Positions 1 to 9,182 of a DNA stretch of 48,498 nt are shown here, piece by piece. Location of the stretch: NCBI GenBank assembly GCA_017882525.1, contig JADGPI010000132.1:1-48498 (forward strand). The letters run 5' to 3'. A program made the position numbers and the translations under genes. Origin of the DNA: Thermoleophilia bacterium. GTDB taxonomy: Bacteria > Actinomycetota > Thermoleophilia > RBG-16-64-13. Within the stretch, counting starts at the first letter, position 1; each line of letters begins with the position of its first letter. The notes under the pieces are model-generated. The model did not search any database, was not told where the DNA came from, and saw only the letters and a list, made by a program, of their open reading frames with translations.

Positions 1-103
1 CTGATCGCGAAGGGCGGCCGCTGCGCCGGCGCCTCGGCCGGCGACAAGACTCGCTAGACGGTCCCGCTGGATCTCCCGTCAGATCTCCAGCTCCATGGCC
101 CGC

Positions 104-379
104 TCAGATGTCCAAGAAGTCTTCGCCTGGGTCGGGTTGAGCGGAGAGAAGATCGACGACGCTCTGGTCTTCCTCCACGATGCCCACGAAAAGTACGGCG
201 GGCCCAGACCAAAGAGTCACCCGCGACCCCACCGGCAGCACGACCGGCATTCCGTCCTCCCGGGTGATGTGCCTCAGGCGAGATTGCAGCACGTCCCTGT
301 CCACCACCGCGTGGCTGATGGGGAAGGGCTCTTGGCCTCCCACCTGAAGCCGCGGCTCTCGGTCCTTGCCTATCTCCAA
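104..379 (-). CDS. hypothetical protein (~91 aa), start uncertain
   Basis: Protein-like composition with acidic C-terminus; co-oriented 64 bp downstream of larB; no recognised motif. Confidence 0.5.
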   Translation of the reverse strand: MEIGKDREPRLQVGGQEPFPISHAVVDRDVLQSRLRHITREDGMPVVLPVGSRVTLWSGPAVLFVGIVEEDQSVVDLLSAQPDPGEDFLDI

Positions 380-443
380 AGCTTCACCTTCGTCAATCGT
401 GACGGGCCGCTTTCCAGTGACACAGCAGCCGCGGCGAGCCGGC

Positions 444-1256
444 CTAGTCGGTGGTGTGCCTCCGCGCGATGAGGGCCGCGGCGGCGCCCGCTCCCACCCC
501 GTTGTCGATATTCACGGCCACGACCCCTGGAGAGCAACTCTGGAGGATGGAACAAAGCGCTGCAGTGCCGTCTCCGCCCATGCCGTAACCGGTCGACGTA
601 GGAACCCCTATCACCGGGACGTCCACAAGCCCCCCAACCACCGACGGCAGGGCACCCTCCATGCCGGCCGCCACCACGAAGACGTCGGCGCCGGCCTCGA
701 TCATCCGGGAGAGAGGCTCCAGCAGCCGGTGGACACCGGCCACGCCGACGTCGTATCCCCTCTCCACGTGACAGCCCATGTGTTCTGCCACAAGAGCCGC
801 TTCTTCGGCCACCGGGATGTCGGACGTGCCGGCCGTCAAGAGCCCGATATACCCCCTCGGTTCGGGCGGACGGTAGGAGGTGGTGGTGACTGCGAGCACC
901 GCGGCTTCCGGGTCATAGTCGAAACCAAGACCCTCATATCCGCCCTCGGACTCCAGCTTGCTCCGGAGCAGGTCCGCTCTTGCCGCCTCGAGCCGGCTCA
1001 CCAAGGCGAGCCCACGCGCCTCCACGAAGTGACGTACTATCGCCTCCAGCTGGTTGTCGGTCTTGCGAGGGGCATAGACGACCTCGGGCACGCCTTTGCG
1101 CAGGATGCGACCGCTATCCAATCGCGCGAAATCGCCCAACTGCGACACCTGGAACAGGCGGAGTCTCTGGAGCGCTCCCTCCACATCCAGATCCCCAGCG
1201 GCGAGCGCCCCCAGCAGCTCTCTCAGGCTATTGCCGTCTCCCGGCCCGTGACTCAA
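444..1256 (-). CDS. larB: nickel-pincer (NPN) cofactor biosynthesis protein LarB (AIR carboxylase-like)
   Basis: Motifs GDFARLD..R..RKGVPEVVY, TAGTSDIPVAEEA, DVGVAGVHRL, AGMEGALPSVVGGL, PTSTGYG, SCSPGVVAVNIDNG. Confidence 0.92.
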   Translation of the reverse strand: MSHGPGDGNSLRELLGALAAGDLDVEGALQRLRLFQVSQLGDFARLDSGRILRKGVPEVVYAPRKTDNQLEAIVRHFVEARGLALVSRLEAARADLLRSKLESEGGYEGLGFDYDPEAAVLAVTTTSYRPPEPRGYIGLLTAGTSDIPVAEEAALVAEHMGCHVERGYDVGVAGVHRLLEPLSRMIEAGADVFVVAAGMEGALPSVVGGLVDVPVIGVPTSTGYGMGGDGTAALCSILQSCSPGVVAVNIDNGVGAGAAAALIARRHTTD

Positions 1257-1257
1257 T

Positions 1258-2193
1258 CTACGTCAAAGCCGTGTGGAGGATCGTCTCCACCAGGTCTTCG
1301 TACGAGAGTCCTGCCGCCGCAGCCTGCGCGGGGAGGTCCGACAACTCGGTCATGCCCGGCAGAGTGTTCACCTCCACGAACCATGGGGTGCCGGCGGCAT
1401 CGACCATAAGGTCGACGCGGCCGTATCCGCGACAGCCTATTGCCCGGAAAGCTGCGATCGCGAGGCGCTGCGACTGTTCGTAAGCGATGGGGTCGAGCCG
1501 GGCCGGCAGGATGAAATCGGTCATGCCGCCCGTGTACTTGGCCTCGTAGTCATAGAACTCTCTTTTGGGAACGAGTTCCAAAACCGGCAGGGCAATCAAC
1601 TGGCCATCGCGGTAGAGCACCCCGACTGTGATCTCGGTCCCGGCTACGAAACGCTCGGCGAAGATCGGGCCGAACTCGGAGCGTAGCCGCTCCACCAGCG
1701 ACGGCAGCTCAGCACGATCCTTGCACTTGACAACGCCGAGGCTTGAGCCTTCGTTGACCGGCTTGAGCATCACCGGGGAGCCAAGGGTGGCTCCGATGCG
1801 CGCGGCGATCTCGCCGGCAGGCTCCTCGGGGTCTATCTCGCAGAAATCCGGAGTGGGGACACCGCTGGATCGGGCGATCTTCTTGGCGGAGATCTTGTTC
1901 ATGCCGAGGGCGGAGGCCAGCACTCCGGAACCCGTGTAAGGGATGCCCATCACTTCAAGCAGCCCCTGGATGGTGCCGTCTTCACCATAGCGGCCGTGGA
2001 GAGCCAGGAACGCGATCTCTACGTTGTTATCGCGCAACCGTTGGGCGACATCATGAAGAGCGTCGATGCGGACCACCCGGTATCCCCGGGACTGCAATGC
2101 GCGGACGCAATTCTCGCCTGAGATGAGAGAGATCTCCCGCTCCCCGGACAATCCGCCCATGAGCACGCCGATGGTCTTGGCCTTCAGATCCAT
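1258..2193 (-). CDS. ddl: D-alanine--D-alanine ligase
   Basis: GGLSGEREIS, LHGRYGEDGTIQGLLE, EGSS, FYDYEAKY, EVNTLPGMT; start moved to ATG 2193. Confidence 0.95.
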   Translation of the reverse strand: MDLKAKTIGVLMGGLSGEREISLISGENCVRALQSRGYRVVRIDALHDVAQRLRDNNVEIAFLALHGRYGEDGTIQGLLEVMGIPYTGSGVLASALGMNKISAKKIARSSGVPTPDFCEIDPEEPAGEIAARIGATLGSPVMLKPVNEGSSLGVVKCKDRAELPSLVERLRSEFGPIFAERFVAGTEITVGVLYRDGQLIALPVLELVPKREFYDYEAKYTGGMTDFILPARLDPIAYEQSQRLAIAAFRAIGCRGYGRVDLMVDAAGTPWFVEVNTLPGMTELSDLPAQAAAAGLSYEDLVETILHTALT

Positions 2194-2199
2194 GGCGGA

Positions 2200-2208
2200 A
2201 CTGTACCA
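2200..2208 (-). promoter_or_regulatory. extended -10 (TGgTACAGT) 6 nt upstream of the ddl ATG, probable leaderless promoter
   Basis: TANNNT hexamer with TG extension; no SD before the ATG. Confidence 0.5.
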
Positions 2209-2228
2209 CAGCACCCAGCGGCGAAAGT

Positions 2229-3119
2229 CTAGCCGACGGCAGCCTTGGCGCGCTCGGGCATGGGCTCGTGCGGGGAGGCGACGCGGCGGAAAGCAGCCGT
2301 GCTGAACGCGCCGTCCTCAGCCACCTGCAACAGCTCGTCTGCATCGAGGCCGTCGCTTGGGGCCGACGCGCAACCTACCAGACATTCGATCCGCCGGCCA
2401 TCGACGAGATGCTCGCCCACCTTGCGACCGACCATCTCGGCCGCCAAGATCGCCTGGGCGGGGTCGCCCGAGAAGAGGAAGGCGATGCGGCCACCAGGGA
2501 GATGGAAGTGCTGAGCGTCAGGCCCGAGATGACGCATCGCGCGCCGGGTCACCGCGGTCAAGGTGTGTTGGGCCACCAGATCCCCGTAATAGAAGACGGT
2601 CTCCTCGAAGCGCACCAACTGCACCAGAACAAGGCTGAACGTGGATCCGCGAGTGGCGAAGAGCCGCATCCGGGCGCGCAGGGCAGCGTCCAGGTCCTCG
2701 ATCTCGGGCGACACGCCAGCGTCCTCCATCCGTGCGGGATATTCCCCCGACCGGACCTCCTGGACTCGCTCGCGGCGAGAGAGCCCGACACTGACGGCGA
2801 ACCCGCCTACCCACACCCCCGAGATGACAACCCGCAGGGGAACGTGGCTACTCCAGACAAAGAGGGGGAGGAGGATGGCGAAGTCGGTGAGACAGAGCAG
2901 ATACCCAAGGCGGCGGTCGGAATGAAAGACGGCGGTAAGGCGGAGGGTCCAGAGGGAATACAGTAGCAGGAACAGGAGGTAGAACATCCAGAGAATCGGC
3001 GAACGTACACCAGAAAGAGGGGGTCCGATCAAGCCTAGTGCCCCCAGGAGAAGGAGCCGGGCCCGAGCCTTTCGATGCTCGTTGCGAGGAAGGAGCCAGG
3101 CTGTGGTCAGGCTATTCAT
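2229..3119 (-). CDS. membrane protein with degenerate GGDEF-like C-terminal domain
   Basis: About 4 hydrophobic N-terminal segments; FSLVLVQLVRFEETVFYYGDLVAQHTL, LPGGRIAFL in place of RYGGDEF, GCASAPSDGLDADELLQVAE; start taken as ATG 3119. Confidence 0.65.
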   Translation of the reverse strand: MNSLTTAWLLPRNEHRKARARLLLLGALGLIGPPLSGVRSPILWMFYLLFLLLYSLWTLRLTAVFHSDRRLGYLLCLTDFAILLPLFVWSSHVPLRVVISGVWVGGFAVSVGLSRRERVQEVRSGEYPARMEDAGVSPEIEDLDAALRARMRLFATRGSTFSLVLVQLVRFEETVFYYGDLVAQHTLTAVTRRAMRHLGPDAQHFHLPGGRIAFLFSGDPAQAILAAEMVGRKVGEHLVDGRRIECLVGCASAPSDGLDADELLQVAEDGAFSTAAFRRVASPHEPMPERAKAAVG

Positions 3120-3245
3120 GTAATCTGTCTTGCAGTATAAGAGGTCTGCAGACGTTTTGCAATGCTTATTGCTAAACATAGTAATTGAAACGGAGGGCGG
3201 CCTAAGTGGCCGAGAAAGCCCGCGTTACCGGGGTAAAATAGTGCA

Positions 3246-4718
3246 ATGAAGGAATTCGCACTTTTAGTCCTAGATCTGCTCAGCCGCTCGCGCCCTGACT
3301 ACGCCGATGTCCGCGTCGTGCGACGTCGACAGGAAGGCATCCAGGTCAAGAACGGGCGGCTGGAGGCCTGGTCCGACGAAGAAGATGTGGGCTTCGGCGT
3401 TCGATTGCTTCTGAACGGCTACTGGGGGTTCGCAGGCGCCAGCGAGCTCACGCCGGAACGCGCCGGCAAAGTGGTGGCACAGGCTCTCGAGATCGCGTCC
3501 GCATCCGAAAGCCTCGGGGGGGCCCGCGCGCGCCTGGCTCCTCAAGGAGTCCGCAAAGAGGACATGGTCGGCCGCTGTCTGGAGGATCCATTCTCGATGT
3601 CTCCGGAGGACAAGGTGGAGTTTCTGCTCGGGGCGACGGAAGGTCTGCGTAGCCCGGGCGTCAGCTTAGCCGTGGGCAAGTTCGGGGCGCTGCGCGAGCA
3701 GAAAGTGTTCGCGTCTACCGAGGGAGCGCTGATCAGTCAGACCCGCACCGAGACAGGCGGCGGCATTGAAGCCACCGCGGTGGCGGCCGGCGACGTGCAG
3801 ACTCGGTCTTATCCTTCCGCGGGTCATGGAAGCTGGAACCAGGGAGGGTTCGAGGTCGTGCGCGGCTTCGGATTTGCGGAGAATGCGCCGCGCCTGGCCG
3901 AAGAGGCCGTGGCTCTTCTCACGGCAACGCGGTGCCCCGACCAAGTGACCACCGTCATCTTGGACGCCGATCAGATGGCTCTTCAACTACACGAATCGGT
4001 CGGCCACCCTACGGAGTTCGACCGTGTTCTCGGCAGCGAGATCAGCTACGCCGGCGGCAGTTTCCTCAAACCGGAATACCTTGGCCACTTCCGTCTGGGC
4101 TCGGAGCACGTGACCATCGTGGCCGATGCTACCCTGCCATCCGGGGTGGGCTCGGCCCCCTTCGACGACGAAGGCGTGCCTGCCCAGAGGAACGTGCTGG
4201 TCCACCACGGAGTGCTGAGCGGTTTTCTCACCTCGCGAGAGACCGCCCCCATCCTTGGCCAAACATCCTCCGGCGCGATGCGCGCGTCCAGTTGGAACCG
4301 CCTGCCTCTCATCCGGATGACCAACATCAGCATCCAGCCTGGACAGGGCTCCCTAGAGCAGCTGATCTCCGACGTGAAAGAAGGCGTGCTCCTGTCCACC
4401 AACAAGAGCTGGAGCATCGACGATCTGCGCCTCGACTTCCAGTTCGCCACCGAGATCGGGTGGGAGATCAAGAACGGCCGCCTGGGACGGATGCTGCGCG
4501 ACTGCACATACACGGGCACCACGCCCGCCTTCTGGCGTTCTTGCGATGCAGTGTGCGGACCGAAAGAATGGCGGCTCTTTGGCGTGGCCAACTGCGGCAA
4601 GGGCGAGCCCGGCCAAGTGGCCCATATCGGTCACGGCGCCGCGCCCGCCCGGTTCCGCGACGTGCGCGTAGGGATCCCAGGCCGGAGCGTCGCTGGTCGC
4701 GCTCCGAAGGGTGCGTGA
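3246..4718 (+). CDS. tldD: TldD metalloprotease subunit
   Basis: LHESVGHPTEFD (HExxGH), FDDEGVPA, PLIRMTN, C-terminal CGKGEPGQ. Confidence 0.92.
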   Translation: MKEFALLVLDLLSRSRPDYADVRVVRRRQEGIQVKNGRLEAWSDEEDVGFGVRLLLNGYWGFAGASELTPERAGKVVAQALEIASASESLGGARARLAPQGVRKEDMVGRCLEDPFSMSPEDKVEFLLGATEGLRSPGVSLAVGKFGALREQKVFASTEGALISQTRTETGGGIEATAVAAGDVQTRSYPSAGHGSWNQGGFEVVRGFGFAENAPRLAEEAVALLTATRCPDQVTTVILDADQMALQLHESVGHPTEFDRVLGSEISYAGGSFLKPEYLGHFRLGSEHVTIVADATLPSGVGSAPFDDEGVPAQRNVLVHHGVLSGFLTSRETAPILGQTSSGAMRASSWNRLPLIRMTNISIQPGQGSLEQLISDVKEGVLLSTNKSWSIDDLRLDFQFATEIGWEIKNGRLGRMLRDCTYTGTTPAFWRSCDAVCGPKEWRLFGVANCGKGEPGQVAHIGHGAAPARFRDVRVGIPGRSVAGRAPKGA

Positions 4719-4721
4719 GAG

Positions 4722-6116
4722 ATGGCACTTTTCGGTAGAGAGCGGTGCCTGGACGCAGCTTCCACCGCCGTCAAGTCCGCACTGGGCGTCGGTGCCACGG
4801 AGGCCGAGGCCGTGCTGATGACCGAGGACTCGGGTCTTACCCGCTACGCGCACAACCGGATACACCAGAACGTGGCGGAGCGAAACACAGAGCTGCGCGT
4901 GCGGGCAGTGGTCGGACGACGAGTCGCCGTCGCCAGTAGCAACCAGGTCGATCAGCGCGCCGTCCGGGAGCTGGCCGACCGAGCGGTCTCCCTCGCCCGG
5001 CAGGGCGCAGACGACGCGGCTTTTGCCGGGCTCCCGGCACCGCCTGCCGCTCCGTACCACGAGCAGAACACCTATTACGAGTCGACCGCGGAGATCGGCC
5101 CAGGCGAGCGAGCGCAAGCGGTAGCCCAGATCGCCGGCCTACTGGAAAGTGTGGGTACCGAGGGCTTCGGTGTTGTCACCTCGGCCACATCCGAGCTCGC
5201 GATATGCAACTCGCACGGCGTCCACGCATACCAGCCGTTCACAGACGGGTGGATGTCTTTGGTGGCCCGCAGGAACGAGTGCAGCGGCTATGCGTCACTG
5301 GCGCACCGCGACTGGAGCGAGCTGGACCACGAGTCGCTCGCGTTCCGGGCGCTCAGCAAGACTCCGGCGGGGCGGCGCCGCACACTCCCTCCCGGACAAT
5401 ACACGGTGGTCCTCGAAGAAGACGCCGTTTGGGAGATGCTCGAGTTCCTCTCCCTGGGAGCCCTGAATGGGCTGGCCTACCTGGAGGGCCGCAGTCTTTA
5501 CAACGGCCGCCTGGGGGAAAAGCGATACCCCGGTCATGTTACTTTGCGAGACGATCCCTTCGACACAAGAGGCGCGAACGTGTCTTTCGATTTCGAAGGA
5601 GTGCCGAAGGCTCCGGTTTCTTTCATAGACGCGGGAGTGGTCCGACAGGTGGCCTACGATACGCAGACTGCCTCACGCGAAGGGCGGGTCAGCACCGGCC
5701 ACGCACTGCCCGCCCCCAATGTCCACGGTCCGATGCCGCTCAATCTGGTGCTTGAGCCGGGCGACCGGACCCGGCACGACCTGATCCGCTCGGTGGACCA
5801 CGGCCTTCTCGTTTCCCGCTTTCACTATGTCAACGAGATCGATCCCGGTACGACGATGCTTACCGGCATGACGAGAGACGGGACGTTCCTCATAGAGAAC
5901 GGAGTGCTAGGGGAGCCGGTCGGTGACGTGAGGTGGATCGACTCAGTCGACGGGCTTCTCCAGCGGACGGTCGCCATCGGTGACACCGTCCGGCTGGTCT
6001 CCGGCGGGCCGGGATACGGCACCCGTTTTCTCACCGGTAGCATGGTGCCTGTTCTACTTGTGGAGGATTTCCGGATCACCGGCGCGGCCGAAGGACCCGG
6101 GGCGGATGCCTCCTAG
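4722..6116 (+). CDS. pmbA: TldE/PmbA family protein
   Basis: LTRYAHNRIHQNV, PGQYTVVLE, FDFEGVPK, STGHA, TGMTRDGTFLIENG; 3 bp after tldD. Confidence 0.88.
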   Translation: MALFGRERCLDAASTAVKSALGVGATEAEAVLMTEDSGLTRYAHNRIHQNVAERNTELRVRAVVGRRVAVASSNQVDQRAVRELADRAVSLARQGADDAAFAGLPAPPAAPYHEQNTYYESTAEIGPGERAQAVAQIAGLLESVGTEGFGVVTSATSELAICNSHGVHAYQPFTDGWMSLVARRNECSGYASLAHRDWSELDHESLAFRALSKTPAGRRRTLPPGQYTVVLEEDAVWEMLEFLSLGALNGLAYLEGRSLYNGRLGEKRYPGHVTLRDDPFDTRGANVSFDFEGVPKAPVSFIDAGVVRQVAYDTQTASREGRVSTGHALPAPNVHGPMPLNLVLEPGDRTRHDLIRSVDHGLLVSRFHYVNEIDPGTTMLTGMTRDGTFLIENGVLGEPVGDVRWIDSVDGLLQRTVAIGDTVRLVSGGPGYGTRFLTGSMVPVLLVEDFRITGAAEGPGADAS

Positions 6117-6538
6117 GGCACCAGCAGCAACGGGACCTCGATGTGGCGGGCCACTCGCTCGCTGACGCTGCCCAGGACCAGCTCTTTGACTTCCGCCCAG
6201 TTCCTTCGGCTCATCACCACTAGATCGACGCGACAACTCCCCGCCTCGGCGAGGATCACCTCTGCCGGCGAGCCGACCACCACTTTGACTTCCGCGCCCA
6301 CTCCGCGCTCGCGCAGAAGGTCGAGTGCCGGCCGCAGTCCCTCCTGCGCTATGCGCTCGACATACTCCTCCACCACCCGCTCGTCCAAATGGGCTGCGAT
6401 CGCCACCGACTGCGAGACCGGGACCACGGTGAGCACCACGAACTCCGCGCTGTAATGCTCCACGATCTCGAGCGCGGCTCTGACGCCTCTGAGAGAGGCT
6501 TCCGAGCCGTCCGTCGTGACAAGGATGCGGCGAAACAT
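6113..6538 (-). CDS. universal stress protein (UspA family)
   Basis: MFRRILVTTDGSEAS, GSPAEVIL, DLVVM, LGSVSERVARH..VPLLLV; the longer track ORF runs through tRNA-Ala so the start was trimmed. Confidence 0.9.
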   Translation of the reverse strand: MFRRILVTTDGSEASLRGVRAALEIVEHYSAEFVVLTVVPVSQSVAIAAHLDERVVEEYVERIAQEGLRPALDLLRERGVGAEVKVVVGSPAEVILAEAGSCRVDLVVMSRRNWAEVKELVLGSVSERVARHIEVPLLLVP

Positions 6539-6570
6539 CACGAGCGGTCCCCTGTCTTCTCGAAGTGAGG

Positions 6571-6643
6571 TGGAGGATATCGGGCTCGAACCGACGACCT
6601 CCGCCGTGCAAAGGCGGCGCTCTCCCAACTGAGCTAATCCCCC
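6571..6643 (-). tRNA. tRNA-Ala(TGC)
   Basis: GGGGGATTAGCTCAGTTGGGAGAGCG CCGCC TT-TGC-AC GGCGG AGGTC GTCGG TTCGAGC CCGAT ATCCTCCA; G3:U70 pair; CCA not encoded. Confidence 0.96.
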
Positions 6644-6686
6644 ACGACGACAATCTGGAACCTTCGGGCCGGGACCCCGTGATAGG

Positions 6687-6760
<74 letters not shown>

Positions 6761-6770
6761 ATGCGCCGGT

Positions 6771-6798
6771 AGTTTACCGGCATTCCTATTGATGTCAA
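6771..6798 (-). promoter_or_regulatory. sigma70/SigA promoter of the tRNA-Ile/tRNA-Ala unit
   Basis: TTGACA-16 nt-TAAACT ending 10 nt before tRNA-Ile. Confidence 0.75.
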
Positions 6799-6891
6799 GG
6801 AAGACTCCGGCCGGCCCATCGGGTGTTGCAAATAGGTGACGACTGCGCTCAGTGAGGGTAACCTAGTGATGTCGACCCGCTCGGGGGAAGC

Positions 6892-7377
6892 ATGGAAGGT
6901 TTCGAAAGAGTCGTTGTTTATGGCGTCAGCTTCGACGTCACCAACAAGCAACCCATCGTTCTGCTCAAGGTCGAAGGCAAGAATCGGTTCCTGCCGATCT
7001 GGATCGGCCACCCCGAGGCGGCGGCCATCCTCATGAAACTGCAGAACGCAGAGCTGCCGCGCCCGATGACCCACGACTTGCTCACTTCGGTCATAGGGAA
7101 CCTATCCGCGAGCGTGGAGCAGGTCCTGGTCACCGAACTGCGAGAAAACACGTTCTATGCCATTCTCCGGTTGAAGTCCGGCGGCGACGAGATCGACGTG
7201 GACTCGCGCCCGTCTGACGCCATCGCGGTCGCCGTGCGCACAGACGCGCCCATCTTCGCCTCCACGGAGCTGCTCGAGTCCAACGGCATCGAGTTCGACC
7301 AGGAGATCGAGGACGCCGAGGAGATCGTGAAAGAGTTCAGGAATTTCCTGGAAGAGGTTTCCCCCGAAGACTTCTAG
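6892..7377 (+). CDS. bifunctional nuclease family protein (DUF151)
   Basis: PIVLLK, LPIWIGHPEA, PRPMTHDLL, TFYA, DSRPSDAIAVAVR. Confidence 0.9.
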   Translation: MEGFERVVVYGVSFDVTNKQPIVLLKVEGKNRFLPIWIGHPEAAAILMKLQNAELPRPMTHDLLTSVIGNLSASVEQVLVTELRENTFYAILRLKSGGDEIDVDSRPSDAIAVAVRTDAPIFASTELLESNGIEFDQEIEDAEEIVKEFRNFLEEVSPEDF

Positions 7378-7415
7378 AGAGCCTTGGCCGCCGCCCGGCC
7401 CCGCCGCAACCTGGG

Positions 7416-7715
7416 CTACTCGCTTCCCTTATCCCCCATGAGCAGCGCTTCGCTTTTGGCAACCTCGAGTATGCAGCCGTAGATGGTCCGCAGACCCTCG
7501 TCGGTGAGCGGACCCCGGTTGGCGCGCGAAAGGAAGGTGATGACCCAGTCTTCCTGGGCCGCGTCGTAAAAGCTGAGCCCCTGGGTCTCCTTGTAGTCTT
7601 TGAGGCTTTTCACGAGCTTGATGCGCTTGTTCAGGGCATCGAGGATCTTGAGATCGTTGTCTGAGATCTGTTCCCGGTAGTTCTTGACGACCGGGTCGAT
7701 TGCGGGAGACGCCAC
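7416..7715 (-). CDS. monofunctional chorismate mutase (AroQ/type II)
   Basis: REQISDNDLKILDALNKR...K...YDAAQE...GPL helical pattern; GAGGAGG SD before GTG. Confidence 0.8.
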   Translation of the reverse strand: MASPAIDPVVKNYREQISDNDLKILDALNKRIKLVKSLKDYKETQGLSFYDAAQEDWVITFLSRANRGPLTDEGLRTIYGCILEVAKSEALLMGDKGSE

Positions 7716-7799
7716 GGTTCCTCCTCATGCGGGCTTTTCTTTCTGGTGAGAGGGGAGCAAGCCTACCGCACCCTGGAAGCGGCCGCCACCCACGACGTG

Positions 7800-9146
7800 C
7801 TATCTATTACGGTTAGCGGCGTGATGAGCGCACTTGGCTACGAAGCGCTGCCCCATGCCTGGACGGCTCGCCAGATGCATGAACACTCTCGAGCACAGCA
7901 AGGAAGACGTCCCCGCGCCCTCCAATCGTTCCGGGCCCAAACTGGCCGCACGAACGCTGAGCGGGGGGTCCCATCCCACGGAGGAATTAACGATCTCCGC
8001 GTCTGTAGCCACCCAGCCTTTCACGGTCTCTCCGCGAGCCAGGAGCAGGTTGTCCCGCTCGGCCGTCACGTCCAGGTAGGCAGGCTGGTCGAGCTCCCAC
8101 AAGATCTCGGCTTCCGCCGGGACCACGTCGGCCAGCTCCACCGTGCGCCCCAGCGAGTCCTGGATCCTGCTGAGCAGGAACAACATGCCACCCCCCAGCG
8201 CGATGGTCGGTAGCCCCTCGCTGATCCGGAGATGGATGTCGCGCAAGAGGGATTGGTTCATTGCGAGATCGGGGAGAGAGTCCGCCCAGAGACTACCCGC
8301 CGCCACAAGCCCGGCGGCCTCGGCCGGCACCTGTTGGTCGGTCATGAGATCGAGCCGGCGCACCTGGGCTCCCGCGGACCTCAGGATCTCGATGGAATCT
8401 CGGCTCCAGGGCGTGAAACCTGGACCGCCGGCGACCATGACCAGTGGCCCTTCCGCCCCGCGGTCTAGGAGCCAGTTCTGCGCGGACAGGAAGCCTCGCT
8501 GGCCCGCCAGTGTCTCGAGACCCTGCACGTCGACTTGGCGCGCCACCGCCTCGAGAAGGGTCGCCTCCAGGGGCAAGCCCCACGCTCCCGGCGCCGGCGA
8601 GTCCCAGTCGGGACCGTCGCCGTTGAAGAGGCAGCCCACAACCGGCACGCTCTCCTCTGCAAGCACGCGGCGGAGGAGCTCGCAATGGTCGCGATCTTCC
8701 ACACCCGAGAGCAACGCGCCGGCCAGATTGAGGTCTTTCAACCGCGCCCGGAGCCCGGCCACAAGGGCCCTCAGTCCCGTGCCCCAACCCCTGCAGTCGA
8801 GCACCACCACAACCGGGCAATCCAATAGGCGGGCCACGTCGGCCGGCAGCCAATCCGCTCCCTCTCTAGAGTCGAGCAGGCCCAGACTGGACGACAGCAG
8901 GGAGAGGTGCGCTCCCCTGGTAGCCACGTCGTACAGCCCGAGAAGGGTCTCTTCGTCGTAGAGCGCGGGATCCAGGAACGACGCGCCCTCCCATCTATCC
9001 CACGAGGAGGCGGGGTTGAGCGGGCCGAGGTGGTGGTAGCGGACCTTGCGTCCTTGGGCGGTGGCTATCTCGGCAACGGCTGCCGTCACCGCGTTGGCGA
9101 GAGCCGTGCGGTGGGTGGGTGCCAGCAAGATCCTTGGGACGGACAT
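7800..9146 (-). CDS. cobyrinate a,c-diamide synthase (CbiA/CobB) homologue with degenerate active sites
   Basis: Colinear with CbiA: MSVPRILLA, GLLD..ADVARLLDCPVVVVLDCRG, F..W.RDSIEILRSAGA, LAMN.SL..DI, GLPTIALGGGMLFL; P-loop and catalytic Cys absent. Confidence 0.8.
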   Translation of the reverse strand: MSVPRILLAPTHRTALANAVTAAVAEIATAQGRKVRYHHLGPLNPASSWDRWEGASFLDPALYDEETLLGLYDVATRGAHLSLLSSSLGLLDSREGADWLPADVARLLDCPVVVVLDCRGWGTGLRALVAGLRARLKDLNLAGALLSGVEDRDHCELLRRVLAEESVPVVGCLFNGDGPDWDSPAPGAWGLPLEATLLEAVARQVDVQGLETLAGQRGFLSAQNWLLDRGAEGPLVMVAGGPGFTPWSRDSIEILRSAGAQVRRLDLMTDQQVPAEAAGLVAAGSLWADSLPDLAMNQSLLRDIHLRISEGLPTIALGGGMLFLLSRIQDSLGRTVELADVVPAEAEILWELDQPAYLDVTAERDNLLLARGETVKGWVATDAEIVNSSVGWDPPLSVRAASLGPERLEGAGTSSLLCSRVFMHLASRPGMGQRFVAKCAHHAANRNR

Positions 9147-9182
9147 GGGCTATCCCCTCGCTTGAGAGACCGCCTGCAGCGA

